This document shows, in pieces, positions 59,901-64,000 of a stretch of DNA of 64,000 nt. Under the pieces are notes generated by a model. It saw nothing but the letters and a program-made list of their open reading frames with translations. It ran no database searches and was not told the DNA's origin. The stretch is from Patescibacteria group bacterium (GTDB taxonomy: Bacteria; Patescibacteriota; Microgenomatia; CAYGWK01). Position numbers and translations under genes: made by a program. Position 1 is the stretch's first letter, and the number at the start of each line of letters is the position of its first letter. The stretch spans positions 25,416 to 89,415 of the forward strand of contig JBMORX010000010.1 in assembly GCA_049322615.1 (NCBI GenBank). The letters are read 5' to 3'.

Positions 59901-62900
59901 GCGTAGATATTATTAACATAAAGATTATTCCAATATAAAGCAGAGGAGCCCAGATTGTAAGTAGAGGTAGCTGAAGGAAGAAGATTAGCCGTTAAGGAAA
60001 CATCTCCTCCTGAAGGAGCGATGGTTAAATCGCCCCCTGAAGAAACAGTAAAGGTTGTCTGATTTGAACCATCATATTCTAATTCTAGTTGAGTCGCTGT
60101 GCCACGCACCGACAGCTTGCTGTCTGGTGCTGTGGTCCCGATGCCGACGTTGCCGCCAGATTTTAAGTACACCTGATTTGCCGTTGTATCTGTCCCTAAA
60201 GCCACATCAGATCCGCTTGCAGTATTTCGTATTCTTGCAACTCCAGGACTTCCAGGATTTTCTATGGTAATGTCCCCATTGTAGATGTGAAGTTTAGTAC
60301 TTGGTCCCGTCGTCCCGATGCCGACATTGCCTACCGTATTTACCGTCAAAGCCGGTGTCCAAGAGTTAACTCCGGATTTGTAGTCAAGAGTAAGTATGCC
60401 ATTAGTTCTTGGTCTGACTGCTCCTCCCGAAGCAAGATACAGATTACTGGAAACAGAAGCATCGCCGGAGACATCAAGTGTAGCTAAAGGAGAGGTGGTC
60501 CCAATCCCAATCTGACTGCCAGTTTCGTAGATTATCGAATCAGTTAAAGATGAAGAAGTACTCCATTTCGGAATGTAATTTTGCGTTCCTGAACCCGAAA
60601 CCCCACTTGCTCCTGAAGCAACTGCCTTCCAAGAAGAACCATCACAATAGTAGTATTCATCTTGGGCATTGTCATAGTACATTTTCCCTTCAGAGGAAGC
60701 ATTACAAGTTCCGGCATATGCCTGAACTTGCGGACCAAGGGAAAGAGTACCGGAAATAGTCGCATCCTCGGCCAAAGTTAAATCATTGAGAATATAGGTA
60801 TTATGAGCGACAATCCCATTAGCGACAAAATTATGGGTTCCCTCAACCTCAATATCATAGACCTGCTCATGACCTACATACTCAATTGAGGCAATTTTTG
60901 CCCACTTGACTCGGCTGCCAATTCCTTCACCATCCGAGGAGTCCTTCGGCCACCTCGGAGGTGTTCCCTTGGCAGCCTCGTCCGAAGTGTCAGCAACGGC
61001 AATTTCCATTCCCGGCTTAAGGTAAATTACCTTAGTCCATTGTCCATTGACAGGAGAATGATTATCTGTTAGATTGTTTTTAATGGTTTTTGATTTAAAG
61101 CTAGCCAAATTGCTTTCTGATTTTTTCTTAGACATTGCCAAGGCATTTTTTATTGCAACTTTTGTAACACCATCCTTAACAGGAGTCTCTTCAACCCCTG
61201 AACTATTTTTAATATTGACAAAGGGATTAGGTAATGTTACGATGTTTTTAGTCCTTTCCTGGTATTTAGCTAAATTGGAGGAAAGATTATGAATCAAATC
61301 AACTGGCTTGATGTTTTCAACTCGGCGACTACCTTTGGTGTTTTGACTGTTATTGCCGTTGCCTTGTTGTTCTTGCTTTTCCGAAGAGATTTCGGCTCCA
61401 AATCCACCAAGCGATGAGAGTTTAACCAGATACGGATGGTTTCCGGTTGTTCTTATCTGTCTTCCGTCTTCAGTCGTCAGTCTATAGACTGGTTTGACCC
61501 CCATATCCAACAATCCCTTGATTTTCGCCGGCTCGATTTTACCAGTTTTTTCGTTTAAGGAAAGAACATATTCTCCACCTTTAATGTCCTTGATCTGGAC
61601 GAAGGAGATATTAGGTGATTTTTCTTTTTTGTTTTCGCTCTTAGTATCATAGTCTCTTAGTATCTTAGTATCTTCTGTTGCCACGATTGGTAAAAGACTG
61701 TCTCCTGTAACACATTGTCCTTCTACATGGAGCTTTTGGGTAGGACTCGTCGTCCCGATGCCGACGTTGCCGCTACTTCTTTGAATAAACATTCTCGGTG
61801 TCCCTGGATACGCCGCCGATTCATCAGAGATTTGAAAATCCCCATTGGTCGTTGTCATCTGCATACCCCATGAATATGAACCTCTCTGTATCAAGGCTAT
61901 TGCAGGCATGTAAGCCGTACTGCTAACCTCTGCCAAAATTTGACCCTCTGTAGTGGAATCCTTTTTTACATTGAGTGCCCAGCTTGGCCCCGTCGTCCCG
62001 ATGCCGACGTTGCCATCATTTCGGACATAAAGTAGGGAAGTCCCCGAGGAATTGTAAACCTGAAGTCCGGCTTTAGTTGAGTCGGCGGTTGAACCTTGGA
62101 TATAAGTATTGTGAGCCACAATCCCGTTAGCGACAAAGTTAGCCGTATTGGCAATTTGAAGATCATAGACATGCCTTGTACCGGTTTTTTTAATAGAAAC
62201 AATTTTCTCCCAGCCTAGGGTAGGAGACTTGACATCGCCACTTTCATTTATGCTAGAATGGGAATCGGTGAGGAAATTATCTTCAGACCAGCGGAGAGCA
62301 TTTACAGAATTTTGGGCTAATTTTGCCGTTGTTTGGTTAGCCGCAGGGGTTGTCCCCTCATTTGTGACCGGTAAAATTAGTGTTGAAGAAGTTAAATCAG
62401 TGGTCGCCTCTCTCGTTTGGGGTGGAGTTTCTTTATTGTTTATGCTATATTTTAGTAGAGGAGGCAAGAAATGAATTTCTGGCCGGCTTATGCCCTCGCC
62501 TCGGCGATGACGGCGGCGATTATTGTTTTCATTTATTTTCTTGTTAGAAAAGGATAAATTATGTCTGATACCACGGCCACGGTTGTCATCTTGTTGTCCA
62601 TGGTTATTGCTGTCTTTGTTCTCTGGCGTCTTTCCCGCGAGCGTTGAGGAGACCCCTTTAGTCAAGACGGCGATTTCCTGATTTTTATTAAGATAGACGA
62701 CCTTTTCCCAACCTTCTTTAGTTAAGTACGGATGATTTCCGGTGGTTTCGATTCTTTTTCCTGATTCGGTTTTTAGTTCATAGACTTCCTGAATACCTTT
62801 ATCCAGAGTTTTTTCCACTTTCTGCCATTCAAATTTGCCAGTTTGTTCGTTTAAAGAAAGGACTTGGTCGCCAGGTTTTATATCTTTAATCTTCTCTCTT

Positions 62901-64000
62901 CGCCCTTCTCTCTTCTCACTTCTCTCTTCGCCCTTCTCTCTTCTCACTTCTATTAAGGAATTCTCTTCCACACATTCGCCGATGACCTTAAGTTTATTTG
63001 TTCCCGGGTCGGTCGTTCCAATTCCGACATTCCCTAAATTATTAACCGTCAAGGCCGGTGTCCAGGAGTCGACTCCGGATTTATAGGAAAGAGAAAGACT
63101 ACCGCTGGTCCTTGGTCTGACTTCTCCTCCGGCGGCAAGATATAAGTTCCCGGAAACCGAAGCATCTCCAGAAACATCAAGTTTAGCCAGGGGAGAAGTT
63201 GTTCCAATTCCAATCTGGGAACCAGTCTCATAAATAATAGAGTCAGTCAAAGTCGAGGAAGTAGACCACTTGGGAATATAATTTTGTGTTCCCGAACCCG
63301 AGACGCCACTTGTTCCTGAAGCCACTGCTTTCCAAGAAGAACCATCACAGTAGTAGTATTCATTATTAGCATTGTCATAGTACATCTTTCCTTCAGAAGA
63401 AGCGTTACAAGTCCCAGCGTAAGCCTGAACCTGGGGTCCTAAAGCCAAAGTCCCAGAGATAGTGGCATTACCGGCAATATCGAGTTTCTGCGATGGAGAA
63501 GTTGTCCCGATGCCGACGTTGCCGCTATCAATGACCATTCTCGTGCCACCTTGATAGAAACTGAGTTTTCCTCCAGTATCAATATTTTTGCCAATTATCC
63601 ATTTGGTAGAATCTGCATCACCTGTAGCAAAGAAGCCGATTGAAGCTTCTGCATTGGCAGTTGAAGCAATTGCCTGAATTTGGCCATAACTAGTTGTACC
63701 GTACACTGACAGTTTTGCGCTTGGTCCCGTCGTCCCGATGCCGACGTTGCCATTCGTTATCGTCATTGTCTCTGTTCCACCGGCTACTAGACCTAATTTA
63801 TCTGCCGCAGTGCTGTAAAGACCGGTATTTGTATCACCTGTAAATGTTAAAGATGGCGTTGCCGCCGCCCCTGCTGGTAAGAGAGCATATCCAGAAGAAT
63901 TCACTCCAAACAGATCACCAGAACCAACGGTGAGGAGATAGGCAGGTGAAGCATCCCCGATGCCGACGTTGCCGGTTGTATCTATGACTACTTTGCCCCT
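53948..64000 (-). CDS. Giant repeat protein (>3,350 aa, 5' end outside the window) with GNVGIGTT.P repeats and three inteins
   Basis: ORF 53948..63904 stays open to the window edge (upstream codons read RGKVVIDTTGNVGIGDASPAYLL...). At least 20 GNVGIGTT(S/G/A/D)P..KL.V.G repeats of tail-fibre-like type. Cys-rich module and DLAEMFP motif near the C-terminal third. Confidence 0.85.
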   Translation of the reverse strand, partial: RGKVVIDTTGNVGIGDASPAYLLTVGSGDLFGVNSSGYALLPAGAAATPSLTFTGDTNTGLYSTAADKLGLVAGGTETMTITNGNVGIGTTGPSAKLSVYGTTSYGQIQAIASTANAEASIGFFATGDADSTKWIIGKNIDTGGKLSFYQGGTRMVIDSGNVGIGTTSPSQKLDIAGNATISGTLALGPQVQAYAGTCNASSEGKMYYDNANNEYYYCDGSSWKAVASGTSGVSGSGTQNYIPKWSTSSTLTDSIIYETGSQIGIGTTSPLAKLDVSGDASVSGNLYLAAGGEVRPRTSGSLSLSYKSGVDSWTPALTVNNLGNVGIGTTDPGTNKLKVIGECVEENSLIEVRREKGEERSEKREGRREKIKDIKPGDQVLSLNEQTGKFEWQKVEKTLDKGIQEVYELKTESGKRIETTGNHPYLTKEGWEKVVYLNKNQEIAVLTKGVSSTLAGKTPENKDSNNHGQQDDNRGRGIRHNLSFSNKKINENNNRRRHRRGEGISRPEIHFLPPLLKYSINNKETPPQTREATTDLTSSTLILPVTNEGTTPAANQTTAKLAQNSVNALRWSEDNFLTDSHSSINESGDVKSPTLGWEKIVSIKKTGTRHVYDLQIANTANFVANGIVAHNTYIQGSTADSTKAGLQVYNSSGTSLLYVRNDGNVGIGTTGPSWALNVKKDSTTEGQILAEVSSTAYMPAIALIQRGSYSWGMQMTTTNGDFQISDESAAYPGTPRMFIQRSSGNVGIGTTSPTQKLHVEGQCVTGDSLLPIVATEDTKILRDYDTKSENKKEKSPNISFVQIKDIKGGEYVLSLNEKTGKIEPAKIKGLLDMGVKPVYRLTTEDGRQIRTTGNHPYLVKLSSLGGFGAEISSEKQEQQGNGNNSQNTKGSRRVENIKPVDLIHNLSSNLAKYQERTKNIVTLPNPFVNIKNSSGVEETPVKDGVTKVAIKNALAMSKKKSESNLASFKSKTIKNNLTDNHSPVNGQWTKVIYLKPGMEIAVADTSDEAAKGTPPRWPKDSSDGEGIGSRVKWAKIASIEYVGHEQVYDIEVEGTHNFVANGIVAHNTYILNDLTLAEDATISGTLSLGPQVQAYAGTCNASSEGKMYYDNAQDEYYYCDGSSWKAVASGASGVSGSGTQNYIPKWSTSSSLTDSIIYETGSQIGIGTTSPLATLDVSGDASVSSNLYLASGGAVRPRTNGILTLDYKSGVNSWTPALTVNTVGNVGIGTTGPSTKLHIYNGDITIENPGSPGVARIRNTASGSDVALGTDTTANQVYLKSGGNVGIGTTAPDSKLSVRGTATQLELEYDGSNQTTFTVSSGGDLTIAPSGGDVSLTANLLPSATSTYNLGSSALYWNNLYVNNIYAPGTGTSGYWQRNAGALSPTNITDDLLIGGTATNSAYFQVIGTGASAGYLRWGSGSGAPDTNLYRSAANRLGTDDQFFAASNVALGSGGFFDTTKTTMSREVFTNTSGEVTALYTEAVANPASASTANFYGHQAQAYGMGAQNIGALWGTNAKAIHAGSGTVTQAAGNYASIENTSNGTVNNAYSFYTSRSNLSTGTITNAYGFYVGDAINSGGGTLSNNYGIYIGNQTAGGSTDIGLYIADADTYSLQLASTDGDAASGITFGTDTNLYRSAANWLKTDDSLDIVGDASASGSLVLRGTSPGTIDVLNGSRLDFQTSVGGDAGLTPRMTITNAGNVGIGTTGPGARFVVQDSSSSNPSLILSDGTANRWTVTTQGVETLNYGNILTFDSNNARITSSAGLGFRESGRSSDTMLLASGNVGIGTTGPGAKLHVSGGNVIIGAGFNNAALNFAADSDTALIESTRTDNTQAGIIYSTGWGQFYTSGGFGVGGSPGAGNNILYVSGNVGIGTTGPVQKLHVEGQCVTGDTLLSIVTQDLDKQGEVSEDRSSKSEVQIKDVQPGTLVYSRNEQTGKVQPAKINKLLDMGIKPVFKLKTESGKEIRTTGNHPYLVQLTYDEYQRRVQLRETGGLEKDYDLSQGSLSTDYEFSQTRTVWSGGSVKESGGLDSPQPSRGVGQVSQDRVYPVSLSSQRQPLRGSSLSQTGSGIRLSDGTANQASVGTNPSDSQNDYQPHQLSQNLLWSKVIYLQPGDSIATVSFSDLRSSNSEPYVVWDKIQSIKYVGEEQVYDIEVEGTHNFVGNGILAHNTYISGNVGIGTTSPLTKLHVDGTTTGKALTILNETGTVNDIFTASSSGTPRFTISNAGNITTTGTASFNSGGVTIDSSNYVNAARFVDTANTAYFLDPAASTNSLLVAGNVGIGTTSPNALLEVLKTTEQLRLAYNASNYTSFTIGASGQLTLLSTVADTGSNTAYLFNTANTLSTGRKLFDIQNNGVSKWSLDAGGSSTQSGSLTVGGAQSLISNSSGDITINAASNNISLASDNLINVGNLTMGGIASISGTPNLTLLPTSGLSKIYTLNAGDLAFYTSVGGDAGATERLRITNAGNIGIGTTSPTVALDIERAGDVQLDLTNSTAGKTWRIENLSSKLTFTNLGVANVMTLDGSNVGIGTTSPAYLTQVGSNIWNNLGSNFKLAVAGDIVAGTSTSGSEAKLRLYEGTAGAYIQMYKHAGYGEIVDSEGKIYMNGNVGIGTTGPSYKLDVSGDINFTGQIRKSGTALNIECTTSADCNGITGNTACSNISTTYKCTSVSGGGSCPGTCNPGWYAQCCRLSNGFDLAEMFPASMPLEPGELVAVDPNNNENLVRTTKANQGDVLGIISTAPAITLDGDMPEAKFKYPLALAGRVPVKVSGIGGSIKRGDFLTASPVPGRAMKATGKVRTIGIALSPFETNGDINALGEVTAFANLSWNQDSPPEEQIQAQEIVTKTIKSTDGNWLIDELGVATLNKVVINTKKAVDVAEKVLEIKDSLGKTIASIDEAGTIFGQRLIAEKKIISPVVETGIISPLPDSSEIVISLKRSNLQGGSTSEGSGFGKLLVQNEQGETVASIDSSGSASFAGQVTSETLQVTQDATVSGTLYADKIETKEISALRGSFGELLARLENLENQKTASNEAALVSPASSLIDGPVKLDNNITDNNTPVKSQSQEGVELSGVEPDGRGLTSPSSQPANPTPTLSYANETATASSLLAETQSWPITDPSSDLKITANLKVLGRTSLADTTVAGQLMVDGAVVIDSTGINSLPSSVLRLQSSGWGPVDILAGKMTIDTDGNVQVAGNLAVGGEISASGLVLKRSNLSGGSTSPEESAFGKLLAIQNPLGETVASIDASGSAQFASLVIAADYSATQSASLAEIRTNATSGLGILPAGSTEFTIFNPKVSENTLVYLTPVSDTQNKVLYVSAKKSGEWFKVGIDTPIDQEIRFNWWIIN
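57488..58336 (-). other. Mini-intein 3 (residues 1857-2139)
   Basis: GQ|CVTGDTLLSIV, TTGNHPYLV, VYDIEVEGTHNFVGNGILAHN|T. Confidence 0.8.
57673..58059 (-). CDS. Four-helix-bundle protein (23S rRNA intervening-sequence protein family) nested in intein 3 in a different frame
   Basis: FEKLEVWKKTMILVKAVYQLITNFPKHEQYGLADQLRRAVVSILLNLAEGSGRYHKTEFIQFLYQARGSLFEV matches the four-helix-bundle (S23p-like) family pattern. Same strand as the giant ORF, frame offset 1. Confidence 0.75.
   Translation of the reverse strand: MMNTNEEFNFEKLEVWKKTMILVKAVYQLITNFPKHEQYGLADQLRRAVVSILLNLAEGSGRYHKTEFIQFLYQARGSLFEVVACLRLAVELGYLTEQQIKPLLGQTHQIRKMITSLINYLKTSSGQK
60800..61714 (-). other. Mini-intein 2 (residues 731-1035)
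   Basis: GQ|CVTGDSLLPIV, TTGNHPYLV, VYDIEVEGTHNFVANGIVAHN|T. Confidence 0.8.
62108..62974 (-). other. Mini-intein 1 (residues 311-599 of the listed ORF)
   Basis: C1 in GE|CVEENSLIEV, block B TTGNHPYL, blocks F/G VYDLQIANTANFVANGIVAHN|T. Confidence 0.8.

Noticed and set aside
47908-63231. Dozens of 60-220-aa alternative-frame or antisense ORFs inside the two giant genes (for example 55134..55805 and 56241..56654).
   Set aside because: These are expected by chance in 6-10 kb ORFs with biased composition, and none shows motifs. The exceptions are 57673..58059 (accepted) and the two intein-linker antisense ORFs (flagged as uncertain).
56151-63975. Regularly recurring ~26-nt repeat, considered as a possible CRISPR array.
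   Set aside because: The spacing is irregular (hundreds to more than 1,000 nt), and the repeats are in frame in one continuous ORF encoding GNVGIGTT. There is no leader and there are no cas genes.
47531-64000. Diversity-generating retroelement targeting the giant surface proteins.
   Set aside because: There is no reverse-transcriptase ORF and no template/variable repeat pair with A-specific differences in the window.

Overview
The window looks like a Candidate Phyla Radiation (Patescibacteria, Microgenomates-like) chromosome segment. That placement is an inference from the heavily interrupted rRNA genes, the gene content and the AT-rich hairpin-laden spacers. (1) 0.1-12.4 kb, + strand: a glycan/lipid-modification operon with two GT2 glycosyltransferases, a 916-aa polytopic membrane protein, an SDR epimerase and five radical-SAM genes. 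Two of these are SPASM-like and three are tandem B12-binding-type paralogs, one of them frameshifted. (2) 13.2-14.0 kb: an IS200/RayT-like Y1 transposase unit. (3) 14.7-21.8 kb: a ~7 kb island between tRNA-Glu and tRNA-Lys. It has a large serine recombinase whose ORF runs into the tRNA-Glu 3' end, and a DUF4238 two-gene pair. (4) 22.3-37.0 kb: a split rRNA locus. It starts with a ~4.3 kb 16S gene carrying three introns (two with LAGLIDADG ORFs) and several hairpin insertions, with its own promoter, processing stem and terminator. Next come ~3.6 kb of protein genes and tRNA-Ile, then a second consensus promoter, tRNA-Ala, a ~5.1 kb 23S gene (two introns, many hairpin insertions) and 5S. tRNA-Ala, tRNA-Ile and 5S each sit inside or behind a second tRNA-like or 5S-like scaffold. 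(5) 37-45 kb: rpsA, radA, rho, a LysM-M23 peptidase, a TrpR/YerC-like regulator, two more tRNA-Ala genes and a zinc-ribbon protein. (6) 45-64 kb, minus strand: a surface-protein operon. It contains a repeat protein of >3,300 aa (5'-truncated by the window) with three mini-inteins, one of which has a four-helix-bundle gene overprinted in another frame. It also contains a four-helix-bundle-suffix protein, a 1,951-aa LamG/DUF2341 protein, a coiled-coil protein and an O-antigen-ligase-like TPR membrane protein. Long strand-asymmetric G:U-rich 'word' hairpins pervade spacers, rRNA insertions and some coding sequence. All coordinates of RNA features and introns come from by-eye alignment and are approximate to a few nt.
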